34,622 nucleotides of DNA from Welwitschia mirabilis (taxonomy: Eukaryota), in the NCBI GenBank assembly GCA_051453625.1, contig JBOZIK010000001.1, positions 47,150,562 through 47,185,183 of the forward strand, read 5' to 3'. The notes under the pieces are model-generated. The model was not told where the DNA came from and did not search any database. It saw only the letters and a program-made list of their open reading frames with translations. Made by a program: the position numbers and the translations under genes. The number at the start of each line of letters is the position of its first letter. Positions within the stretch are counted from its first letter, which is position 1. Shown here in pieces: positions 23,020 through 34,393 of this stretch.

Positions 23020-23361
23020 TGTTTACGAGATTTTTTATATCCCGTAAACGGTGGATTAGTTCTAATGTTACTCGATGATAGGTAGTTTTGGTGGTTTGAC
23101 GGCTATTTAAAACGAATTTAAGCTAAACCTAATGACTTGACCTGGTTTGACTAAGGTTGACTGAATTTGACTATATTTGATTGTGTTTGACTACCTCAGA
23201 CTTATGTTGACTGAAGTAATTTGACTCATTTTGATTGACTTTGACCATCATTTTGACCGTTTGACGAGGTTCGACTGGTTTTGATTAACTTTGACTGATT
23301 TTGACTAGCGACTAGTTTGACTAACTTTGACTGTTATGAGATTTTTTATCTCTCGTAAATG
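23020..23361 (+). mobile_element. Short or internally deleted solo LTR carrying a TTGAC array, 5-bp TSD
   Basis: TGTTTACGAGA...TCTCGTAAATG with TSD TTATG at 23015-23019 and 23362-23366. It is homologous to the reverse complement of ~1510-1843. Confidence 0.8.
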
Positions 23362-23407
23362 TTATGTTCATATGAAACTCACTGCTATCAGTTATGTTTG
23401 TATGTCA

Positions 23408-23540
23408 GATTGAGGGGGTGATTGTTAGGATGCAATGTCAACATTCTAGAAGTTTGTTTAGGAAGAAGCTTCCACTGGAATCTGGAAGACTTTAGAAAGA
23501 TAGAGGAAGTGACTAGAGTTAATGAATTTATGTTTTATTA
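23408..23540 (+). mobile_element. Copia-like PPT and LTR start
   Basis: AGATTGAGGGGGTGAT followed by TGTTAGG, the typical copia end encoding ..LRG. Extent is uncertain. Confidence 0.55.
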
Positions 23541-24797
23541 GTGATTGATTGCTTATTGCTCAAGTAACCTTATGTATAAATTGTGATGTAAGGTACCTCA
23601 AGGGCATTGCCTAATCAGTTGTGTCAGCTTGGGAGGAGATTGGTAATTGCATTGTGCTTTATTTATTTATTTATTTTTTTTTTTGGGGCAATGCCAAATG
23701 ACAGTGGGTTTCCTTATCCCTTTATTTTTGCTTTCTCCTTCTTAGCATGGCTGACACATTTTTACTATGTTAGCCTTAAATTGACCCTCAACGTGGTTTA
23801 TAATATAACCACTTAAAACATGCGGTTTGATACCAAAGTATAACAAGAAAAAATTACAAAAATATGGGTTATAACATTGCAAGAATGAAATAAAGCAATG
23901 GGCCTTAATCCTTAGATTGACTTAGGACTACATGTGGAACTTAAAAATCGAAACCTAAATCTAACATTCTAATGATCCCCTGGTTACTTATAATTTAATT
24001 CATTACAGCATTGTAAATGGATGCCAAAAGTTTCACCATTATGCATTAAAATTAACTTCAACTTGAAAGCACCTAGGAAAATTGCACAGCTACTATATTT
24101 AGAACAGCCATGTTTTGAATGACGAGTTCATGTCTTGGTTGGAAGACATTTGGAAAATTTTTTCAATAGTTTATTTTTTGACCTTTTTATTAAATGACTT
24201 AGATGGTTCTGTTGCCCAGCCATCAGAGAGGTGTTAGAATTTGTATCTTATTTTGCAATCTAATTGTAGTTTTGCACATTTTCTTGCTTAAGAGTGGCTG
24301 CAACTACTTTCTACCAACATCAAGAATAGTGTAGCAACTTGATATAACCTTTTCAATAGTGGAGCAATCTGGCTCAGAACCATTAGTATGTAGCTGTTAT
24401 TTGTCTGTCTTTTATACAACATGTGATTACATATTGTGTTTGGTATTAATCATATACTCATAAAGCACAAACATAACATTAGTAACTTGTGAAAAATTAA
24501 AAAAGGAAGGGCGAAAAAATCTCATAAGTGTGCTGTTATCTTTATAACATTTCGTCATATATTATACGAATGCCAGTTCTGATAACATGACTCATTTGCT
24601 GATGGTGGCAATTCATTACTGTTGTAAGGAAAAGCAAATGTAGGGGCCATGTAAATTTTTTGCTTAAGAAAGATACAATATGTCTCAGATGAAAAACAAA
24701 TGCACACGTTCATATTTGATGGTTTTTCATTCTTTCTTTTAAAGCATGATCTTGAAACCTACTACATGTCTTACCCTAACTTTATTGCATGTGCCAG

Positions 24798-24964
24798 CCA
24801 AAATTATTTTTTAGCAACATAGACATGCTTCGGAAGGCAAGCAGTGCATCTTGTCATGATACAATGGTGAATGCAGAAATGTATCATGACAGCCTACTAT
24901 TACGCTTAGTTGCACTTGGACTAAATGAATGGTTTCTGCCGTTGGTTTTTCTTACCTCTGACAG
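24798..24964 (+). CDS. EMB1381: EMB1381-like protein, exon 3
   Basis: CAG| then PKLFFSNIDML..MYHDSLLLRLVALGLNE.FLPLVFLTSD, then AG|GTGTGC (phase 2). The preceding intron is 3972 nt. Confidence 0.9.
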
Positions 24965-26853
24965 GTGTGCTTCTATGAGAAATTCATTTTTAATGAATGT
25001 ATATATAGATGTAATTACAAGCTATATTATAGCTCATCATTAATTGAACATAGTAAGGTTGCACTGTTAACCAGAGTTTTTGAAATGTGATTTATTTTTT
25101 ATATCTAAAGAAAGTTTGCATATTGTTAAATGATACATTTTACTCTATAGTGGCTATTGAGTAACTTTATGCAGCTCCTCATTCACTTGAAGGCTCTTTG
25201 TCGATTTTAGGCTTAGCTTTTCACAACATGTTTCTTCTGAATTTTTTAGATTAAATGCCAAAATTGTTCTTTTTCTCTCCGTTAATTGGATCTTCTTTTC
25301 CCATCTTATCAACTCGATAAATTTTTTTGGATTACTGAAATTGACATTTATATAGCTTTCAAAACACACTAACCACCAATACACCCACTTGGTATGTGCC
25401 TGGCAATTTTTTCACTTGCAGTTGGGTTATGATTTGTAAGTTTGCTAAGAAGTTTACATAGACTCTCAAAGAGGGATCTTTAAGGGACAAAATTTGTCAA
25501 CATGAACTACACCAGGGAACAAGCAAATGGTTGTTATTAAAATGAATGCAGCACAAAATGAGATGAACAAGAACAAACAGAAATAACAAGAGCACACAAG
25601 ATTTTATTAGATTCAGCCCCTTTTTGGTGTATTTCCTTAGGAAAGCGGTGTAGGCTTCCTATCAGTGGCCAAAAGATTTTGAGAAAATGAAAGAACCATG
25701 AAGCATACCACACCAAATTCTTAATGGCTTCCGGTGTATATATAAGAGAGGGATTTAGGGGAAAGCATCACAACCGTGAATGCCTCCTACCACACTATAT
25801 TGCCCTTTTTTTATATTTTTTATTTTTAGGGGGATACGTTCAAATATAGCCTGAGATGTGAAATGTGTATTCATTTTGAAGATTTGAATTGTAGGAATTA
25901 CAAGCTGGAATCCTATGGAATTGCAAGGGTTAAAAAACATTAGAAATATAAAAACCGCTTTTAATAGATATTTAGCTCTAGTTGATTATAAAACCCAAAA
26001 ATATCTTAAAATGATCAATATAATGCATGTATTAGAGAAACAGGTATTTGGAACCATGGCAATATAGTGTCATACTTCATAGAAATTATATCTTTGCAAA
26101 ATGTGATATCTGTCAATGTTTGAGTTTAAAATCAAAATACAAGATGATGTAATGAGTGCAACATAATGATGAAATCATGAAACGATCTATGGCAATTCTC
26201 GTTGTGGTCATAAGGAAGAGAGTGCTCTGTTTCCTCTCTTGGTTGAATCTTGACTTCATGAAAACGCAGGTTAAAAAATAAAAAAATAAAAAATAACAAT
26301 AGTAATCAATAAATACAATCAACACAACTATTATGCATCTAAAAAATTATATTTGAAGTAGGTTTTGCAATAAACCCCACTTGAAATATGTGTTTTGAAT
26401 GAAAAGAAATTAAACATTGGAGGAAAGAAAATTTTTGAAGACTTAAAATACAAGAATACCTTGTCCTTCACACTAAAACAGTGAAAAAAAATTGACATTC
26501 AGTTAATACATTGGATTAAAAAATCCAAGATATTGATGTGTGTAGATCTTCTACTTTGCCAAATTGAACATTGGAATTCAAGTAATATGCTAGAAGGGCA
26601 AGAAAGACAATGTTTTTATCAAATTTTAAGTGTTTCTATCTGCTTTGAGATTCTAGACAATTTGTAATTGAGGGAGCCGTGATTCCAATTTAAATCATGA
26701 TTCTAGTGTCAGGAAGTGCAATTCCAGTGGAATAGCAATTCCATTGATATATATAATCCAGATTTGGAATTCAAATAGTTGTAGTCATTTGCATTTTTTT
26801 GAGTTATAATTGATTAAATAACTACCTAAAATGCAAATTGTTGAAAAGGTTGT

Positions 26854-27111
26854 TCACTTCGTGCTTTTTTTTGCTTCAACTCCTTGTTCCACTTCATGGC
26901 ACCGTATTTGACATTTTTGTTTTATTTCTGTGGGTGCTTTCGGACATGCTGATATTCTTTTTGATTTTATCCCACCTAACTGGAATTTCAATCGAGAAAC
27001 TCCACCATGACACTCTCTGTTACAAAAACTGCCACTGGTGGCAGTTTTTGGTTTGGATCCAGATGCTGCCCAAGTCCGACCAAAGTATTTTCTCCATCCT
27101 TCTTCTGCCAA
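26854..27111 (-). pseudogene. Degenerate BED zinc finger of hAT (DUF659-type) transposase
   Basis: GWRKYF...GSFCNRECHGGVSRLKFQLGGIKSKRISACPKAPTEIK matches the pattern W-x-CxxC..GG(I/V)xRLKxHL..C. The first Cys reads Gly, the His reads Gln, and the start codon reads TTG. Confidence 0.8.
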
Positions 27112-28070
27112 TTTAGAATTTTAAAGTGCCGCTGAAGTCTAGAATCTGCATAGGAAAATAAAAAAATTACAGTGAGAAAAGCTCACGAAATATTAATGAA
27201 TAAACTTTTAAGAACATGTAAAACACTAAATTTAAGCAAATGAAGCATTATAGAATATGAACTTATGATCCAAGCATAAGTTGTAAAATACTAAATTTGT
27301 AATGCATTTTCAATTATTCATTATTCAAGATCCTGCCATTATTCTAAGTTTCTCAGTTTAACCTAACTCCTAATGAAATTGTTATTATTAGTTTATTATC
27401 GGGCATATATAGTCATAGACATATGCACAAAGTGTTGGACCACAAAAACTTTTTACATGCTTTGAAGGTTGAACTGTTGACGCAAAAACTATGACTATGG
27501 GAATAGAAAGTGTGATTCATGCATGCCATTGGCAAAAGCAGGAAGCAGCTTTAAAGGAATTTTTTGGTATGTGGCAAATTACTAACACAGGAACATGTTT
27601 CATACGATTTCATTGTACAAAGGTAAGAGCTAGAAGCCTGATAATCTGATATAACAAATAATATCCAGTTGAACGGTGGAACCATTTGAAAATTGAAAGG
27701 CATTGGATCATATTTTTTGTAAGATGGTCTTGTAGATGCAGTTATCAGAAGTTTAGAACTCTATGCAATAGCACAAACACAAACCAGCTAGGGCATAGGG
27801 ACTAAAACTAAAGTAAATGCATTAAAAAAAATTAACTCACAGGCTGCATTACAGAGTTGTAGGAGGAGGTCAGGTCGAACTTTGAAGCTTGATTGCCATC
27901 TTAGTTGGATTCAAACATCGATTTGAGTGAAGATTCAAGTTTGTTTGTAGATTGAAATCTTTGGGAAGCCTTCTCTCTTGCACTAGAAGACAATAGAAAT
28001 AGAGAAATGTGGTAGAAATTTTGTTTTTAATAGTGGGTCCTTGGTTTTTTTTTTTTTGAAAAACTATAGA

Positions 28071-28280
28071 CATAGTTGTGGAATCATACAGATTGCACAT
28101 TGCCGTCTCTAGATCGTGATTCATCTGGCATCAATGAGCGATCTAGAATCACATGTGGATTGCGATTCCATGAATCGTGATTCCACGAATTGCAATTGGG
28201 CACTGATTTAAATTGTTTGTTTTTGGAGCGTGATCCAGAATCACGTAGATCACGATTCCGATTTGCTCCAGACATCTATG
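28071..28280. mobile_element. Small MITE with GAATC/GATTC repeats
   Basis: Ends CATAGTTGT and ACATCTATG form an imperfect TIR around multiple GAATC/GATTC motifs. A similar motif patch lies at ~26650-26780. Confidence 0.6.
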
Positions 28281-28494
28281 CTTTAAAATAAAACATCTTA
28301 ACCACCTTAAAGTGGCTTTATTAAAAGGCTTATAACATAAAAAAGGTAAACTTAAAATAAATAACAAGGGCAAAGAAATATAGGTTTAGGTTCACCAATC
28401 TCTAACAAGGTTGCCATAAGGTTCGATTGCAGTCTTTACTATTAAGAAGGATCGTTATAGAAAGTGATTGTGGATCTTTGGTATTTTCTTTAGC

Positions 28495-29210
28495 TGCCAG
28501 AGAATGTCTATTATTTTATTAGAACACAAAGTTTGTTATTATGATATGTCATTGGCTGATAAGTAAGCGTAAACAATGTGGTTATAAGTGAAGACCAAAG
28601 ATGTTGCAGTCTTATCTTTAAATAGTATTTGGATCTATCCATGTTTATATTGATTTTAGTCAAAGTTGTTTTGGCTATATTAGTCAATTACGGGTGATGA
28701 TTGGAATAACTATAGTTAGTTATAGGTTTGTTTTATTTGGTATTGTTGTCAGTGCATTAGACCATATAAATATGTTGTTACATCAATCATAACAATGAGC
28801 TGCATTCTTAACATATATAGCTTAACAAGTGGTATCAGAGCTTGGTTTGAACTAGAACTTGTTCTAACCTCATTATTTTGTGTAATGTTGTGTGTTCCAT
28901 CTTGTGTAATATCAAGTCCTTGATGATTATGAACATGAGATTAAGAGGGGAATTTGCTCTTTTTGATGTGCATCTAACCACTCTAGAATTGGGGTTTCCC
29001 TTTTGTCCAAAAAAAACAATAAACGAAAAAAAAAGAGGGGGATTGCTAGGATCATTTTATTAGAAAACAAAGTTTATTTTTAGGGTTTCTAATTGTGATA
29101 ATTAAGTGCAAATAATAAAGACAAAAGTAGCTACATCTTATCTTTACGTAATGTGGGATCTATCTTCTTTATAACAAGTTTAGTCAACATTGTGATGGCT
29201 ATGTTTAGCT
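28495..29210 (+). mobile_element. TRIM or non-autonomous copia-type element
   Basis: LTR at 28495-28827 (TG..CA), perfect PBS TGGTATCAGAGC at 28830-28841, ~200 bp non-coding interior and PPT AAAAGAGGGGGA at ~29031-29042. A diverged, truncated second LTR starts at 29044 and shares ATTTTATTAGAA.ACAAAGTTT, TCTTATCTTTA, GGATCTATC and TTTAGTCAA. Confidence 0.8.
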
Positions 29211-29715
29211 CTTCTACACAAGACAATTATGACTTAGGAGTCATTTATACAGTAGTCCTTGATAGATAGATCTTTGTGGCTTAAGAGCTCCCCATAGGTT
29301 TAGGCAACGAATGGCCTTGAAGGAGCATCTCGGTTTTCGAAGCACTGGTGCTATGAGAGCATGTCATCAAGTAGCATTTGTGAAGTCACTATTTTAAAGT
29401 GAGTCATAAACCAAGCTAGAAAGGCTTTGCCATGGCTGTTTTCTCATGTTGATGTTTTACAACGTTAAGTTTGGTTTCTCATTTTGTATTTTCACTTTTG
29501 TTTTTTTTTAATGTCTTTTTGTTAAAACATTTTCATCATTTTATCCTCATGAACGCTTCTTGTAAGAAAGTTCATGGGAAGTTTTGTCGGTCCTTTTCTA
29601 TGACATGCTTTGCATGTCTAAATTTTCAACCATGGTTATAAAATACAGATGTGATGGTGCCAACATCCTGGTCTTTCTTTTCTCTATTATTTTACTAGTT
29701 TACAAAGCCTATCAT

Positions 29716-30158
29716 CAATGATTAAAATGTCGCGACATATCTGTCGCCCTTTTTTCAAATTGAAAATGTCTTTAAGTCGGTCGACATTTTCAAAAAGTCG
29801 GTGACATTTCCGACATTTTTGACTTTTTGTCGACATTTTGCCGACTTTTTCAAGATGTCTCACATAGGTATAGTTAAAACTGTTTTCTGGCCAAAAAAAT
29901 CATTTTCTGCTAAACAGACCAGTGAACAACGAGTAAAATTAAGGGGAAAAATCACAATTTTCTTATGCAAAATTCATTTTTGCTAGTAGAGCATTGATTG
30001 ATTGCACATCTTATTAAATTAATAAGCTTTGCATTTTTTTGAGAAAAACAATTGCCGACATTTTGCGCCGACATATTGCCGACACAATGGCAACATGTCT
30101 CCCCTACACGACTTTTTGAGCCTGCTGACATTTTAATTTGCCGACATTTTACTCATTG
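29716..30158. mobile_element. hAT-type MITE, 443 bp, with CGACA subterminal repeats
   Basis: 17-bp TIR CAATGA(T/G)TAAAATGTCG (16/17 match) and perfect 8-bp TSD CCTATCAT at 29708-29715 and 30159-30166. Confidence 0.95.
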
Positions 30159-31450
30159 CCTATCATTTGATTAATCAATTTTGTTAGCAGGATGTCTAGG
30201 TTTCTTAACAAAATCAACAGTCATTACCTTGTCCAAACCCAATGAATACATAATATTACAACTCAAACTCACCACTAGGTTATCTCAAGACTCGAATAAT
30301 TAACTGAATATGTCCTAGCATCACCTATGCTAGAGATCTTCACTCTAATTGCAACCATTTGAGAGAGAATGCTGTTAAAGTGCTAAAGATAACAACCATA
30401 AATTCATTTGAGTCTGGTCTTAATTTTTAGATGTTTTTGAGGCAAGAAGACATGACTTCACCTTGTCTTTGCTTGATATAACTTTTCTAATGTTTGCCAC
30501 AAACCTTATCCAAAGGCTGCATCTTGCATTTTAAAAGAAAGCACCTTAACAATGAAACGACATAAAATTATAGATTTGGCTTCAACAATTTCTAACAGTC
30601 CATGCATTCTTATTTTTCATCAATGTATATTGGACATGTCTTTGATGTTTCTTTGTCCATGGCTATAGGTATAGAGGTGACACTCACATTTGAACCTTGG
30701 AACACATGAAGTGAAAAGGGGCCAAAATGAGTATTTATGATTCTTGTTACAAGTTTAAGTAGCCACTTTCATTTATATTCAACAAAAGGATAACACTGTT
30801 TATTTTATATAGTTATTTTTAATGTAAATTTAATAAGAATTCAATGAGTCATATAAACACAGAAATATTAATAATAATAATAAGCTCTAGACATGTTTAA
30901 TTTTTCCATTTAATAAGGCATAAATGAAAATGAGAACATTTATTCCCATCTTGTTTGTGTCTGATTTAATGCAGTTTTATTATTTTCATTGCTACTTTTC
31001 CATTTTCGTTTGTACCTAATTTCAAGCCAGACTAGAGAACCTTTTCTATAGATGGGAGTTGATCTGTGCAGTTTGTCATACCTCCAAGTTTATAATGGGT
31101 TTCAGTATTGCTGAGTTTCTATTTTATGTTTCCTTTCCCCAACATTATCATCCAGTAAACTGTCAAATATATCTTGAAATCATTTGCTGTTTATATTTGT
31201 ATAGAATTTATAACATTAGTTATAAAACTGATTATAGTTTATTAAGGTTTTCTGAGAATAGACCTAATATTCATATGCATGGTGTAGCTTCATAATTTAT
31301 GTTTTCTAATGATTTCATATGCTATATTAATGCATACCAATTTGTGTCAAGTTTCTACAATCAGTAGCCAATATTTGCCATCAGAAATTCATTTGAACTA
31401 TGCTCATTTTTTCTTCTGTTGTTCTCAAAATGCTTATGTTGCGTTTGCAG

Positions 31451-31511
31451 CTATTACTCATTCCAAGCAAGTCAAGATTTTGACTTCCCGGATATTTTTA
31501 TTTATAGAGAG
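31451..31511 (+). CDS. EMB1381: EMB1381-like protein, exon 4
   Basis: TTTGCAG|C completes Ser, then YYSFQASQDFDFPDIFIYRE and GAG|GTACAT. The preceding intron is 6486 nt. Confidence 0.9.
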
Positions 31512-31618
31512 GTACATATTTGTAAAACTATCGTCTTTTGAAATTTTGGAAAAGTTTTTGTCAAGCGACTTTTGTTCCTTCATAGTTCTGGATATGCATT
31601 TCCTTAATTTGAATGTAG

Positions 31619-31684
31619 GCATTTGGATGGACTGTTGAAGAAGCTAAAGTACATATGGTTCCAGATTACTTCACAGAGGAAGAG
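31619..31684 (+). CDS. EMB1381: EMB1381-like protein, exon 5
   Basis: TGTAG| AFGWTVEEAKVHMVPDYFTEEE |GTTGTT, phase 0/0. Confidence 0.9.
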
Positions 31685-31870
31685 GTTGTTCATATTATTC
31701 TTGTTTGTGTCATTAACTGCTTGTATCATGCCTTTTTCATGGGATAATTACCTTGTGGTTGCTTATTTAACATTGGATGTCTCTGAAGCTTCCTACAAAT
31801 GAAATTGTGGGTCGTATGCAGCAATTGAGACAATTTTTACTTATCAGGAAGGCTTGTTCTGAAGCTGCAG

Positions 31871-31956
31871 TGGGAAGTCATAGCTAATGTGTTGGGCTCA
31901 AACATACGCCACCTTTTTGAAGTTTACTCTCTTAAGCAGACTCATACCTTTGTACA
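31871..31956 (+). CDS. EMB1381: EMB1381-like protein, exon 6 (gene probably continues beyond the window)
   Basis: CTGCAG| WEVIANVLGSNIRHLFEVYSLKQTHTFV then CA|GTAAGT (phase 2). No stop is reached and no further exon was recognised before 34622. Confidence 0.9.
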
Positions 31957-33225
31957 GTAAGTTCCCAATTTTGGTCTTTAGTTACTAAGCTGTCACTAAC
32001 AGATGGGACATGTTGACTCTCAAAATGACTTTTAACTAAATATTTGTTAAAATTGATTGAAGATAAATCATATACCATAGTGAATTTTCAAAATGAAAAC
32101 CAAATGGTTGCTTAGTGGCATGATCTATATGAAATACATACATAGTGCTAGAAATCTTGAATGTCAAAAATGGTTGATAGTTATGTAAATTATTAGTCAA
32201 CCAAAAGGCGTTGAGAACAAACTATACAGCAGTTACCAGTATCACTCATGTGCTTGGCTACATCCTCTTGTTAGAATGTTTAAGATGGTATTTAAGCAGC
32301 CTATTTATGTTTGTTTTATGTCTAGTTGTGGACCATTGCATGTTAGGATCAAGGTTTATCATCCATTGGAAATTAGTTTATAAGCCCTTTGTGCTACTTC
32401 AGTTTAGTCAATTTTGTTGATATGCTTTTGAGTCATGTGTAGCTTCCACTTTGTGTATCGCGCTAGGCTTTTAACTTCTGCAATGTGGTTGATGCTTTTA
32501 TCTATTCTTTACTTTTCAATGCTAGATAGTTTCGTATTAGAGAGAATTTATTTTCACTTTCTTCTACATCATTGAGCTTAACATTCTTGTGAGGATACTT
32601 GGTTGGATATCCATAATAGTTTATGTTTTCACAGTTTTTCCCCCCCTTCAAACTATATATTTTAAGTTGAAGCCTTAAACATCCTTCTTGTCTTGCATTA
32701 TATGTTGCTATTTTAAGTAAGCTTATAGGAAGCTTTATGAACATAAATGTTTGTTGTCAAATTTCAGGAAGACCCATACTTACCCCTTTATGAGTTTTTA
32801 CTTTTTTGCACACACTGGAATGCATTTCAAATTATGGTTTATGATTAAACAGGTGGCAACCTTTGAAAAAAATAAATTTGTCACTTAGAGCCTAGTCGGC
32901 AAAAAAGTTAAGAATAAAAGAACATTCAGTATTTTTCTCTCACATTGGGAAACATTAGGAGACAGAATTTGGATATATTCAGCAATCGACTAATACAATA
33001 ACTAAAGTAGTAAGTTAAGATGTTTGCGTTAAACAGCCACGAAAGAATAATTACACTTGGTGAATACTAGATTTACAAGTATTTGATCCAAATTCAAAAT
33101 GTCATTATCAAAATAGGAGGACATGACCATATATTTTATTAGTAACTGTATCTTCGTTTGTACACCATGTAGGTGCAATAAGAAAGAACGATCAGAATTG
33201 TGTAATAGTGAAGGAGAAAAGTGGT

Positions 33226-33515
33226 TGTTAAAAGTCCTTGTATTATAAAAGTTACATTTATTCAATTATTTTTGACTTGGCATTATACAAATGTAAAGTT
33301 AGGGTTTACAGCCTAATGGAGGGTCATAAATAGGGAGGTGGGGTTAGAGGGAAGGCATTGGAGTTATACTAACAGCTTGGGTTCCTGTATTCTTATTTTT
33401 AATAAGAGAGCTCTGCACTATTTCTTTGAACGTAGGGTAGAAAGAACCTGAACCACATTAAATCTTGTCTTTTTTGTTGCTGCTTTGCTTCTTCTGTTGA
33501 TCTGAATTTATAACA
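33226..33515 (+). mobile_element. Probable copia-type solo LTR remnant
   Basis: CATAAATAGGG TATA-like box, the GAACGTAGG..TGAACCACATTAAATC motif typical of copia R/U5, and an ending TAACA. The start and TSD are uncertain. Confidence 0.55.
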
Positions 33516-33692
33516 AAAATGTTAACTTGTATAGACATACAACCAGAAAGTTAGTGTTTAACCCTGTGGGATCATGCTAATGATGGGATAAACCTTATGG
33601 GTATGTGTTCCTAGAAGATCTCTTTGTAGCTATTACTTCTTCCATGATTGATACATATCAGTCTGGTTCTAGTCTAATCTTTTATGTTTGCC

Positions 33693-33766
33693 AATTTATC
33701 ATTTTTAATTAGGTAACAATGTCTTTTCTGTTTGGTAATTTATCATTTTTAATTAGGTAACAATGT
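33693..33766 (+). repeat. 30-bp direct repeat
   Basis: AATTTATCATTTTTAATTAGGTAACAATGT occurs twice. Confidence 0.9.
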
Positions 33767-34177
33767 GTACTTACTTTCATTGATGTCATTACTTATATTA
33801 TTGATAACATTTATAGTCAATGAGATGGATAACTTTTGAGAAATGTGTCGCTTTTAATTAATAATTATTACAGTATTACGTCATATTTCATTCTATCCAA
33901 AGGGGGCTAATGGTATCTTGGTGGATCATGGTGTGCTTAACCTTGTTATAGTTAGTGATGTGATTTGGATTTTAGTGCTAAACCACAAGATGGAGCATAG
34001 GTTTATGGGCAACCAGCTCAATCACATTTGAAGGACAACTATAGAGGGCAAAGGACAACTTAGTCTCAATAAAGAAGGTTGGAGGACTCGAGAGGAATAT
34101 TCCTTAATGGAAGAGATTGGTATGGTGATGGTAAGACATGAATGAGAAACAACTAGGAATGTGGAGGTGACATGGGG

Positions 34178-34390
34178 TGATGGAAATGAGCTAGAGTAAT
34201 GTCATGAGGAATGAGGAGGGCTCAAGTATAAGGTTCAAGAACCAGCAATAGAGGTGGTGTTGGTTGCTGAGGTAATGAAGAGGGTTGGTGGAAATGAGCT
34301 AGAGGAATGTTGTGAGGAATGAGGAGGATTCAAGGTTCAAGGACTAGCAATAGAGGTAGTGTTAGTTGCTAAGGCAATGAAGAGGGGTGA
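34178..34390 (+). repeat. ~105-bp tandem duplication, purine-rich
   Basis: TGGAAATGAGCTAGAG..TGAGGAATGAGGAGG..AAGGTTCAAG..AGCAATAGAGGT.GTGTT.GTTGCT.AGG.AATGAAGAGGG occurs twice. Confidence 0.9.
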
Positions 34391-34393
34391 GGT

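Noticed and set aside
22330-23047. Several overlapping Arg/Ser/Thr-rich ORFs
   Set aside because: They are by-products of GACTCG repeats in the MITEs and of the N gap.
23820-24230. TTGATACCA (reverse PBS-like) followed by LTR-like sequence
   Set aside because: The match is short, and no partner LTR or clear termini were found.
24925-24940. TGG (Trp) where homologues are recalled to have Arg, as a U-to-C editing site
   Set aside because: This is a nuclear spliceosomal gene and such editing is organellar, so an ordinary substitution is more likely.
25530-25800. Possible reverse-orientation solo LTR
   Set aside because: Only weak motif resemblance, with no TSD or defined ends.
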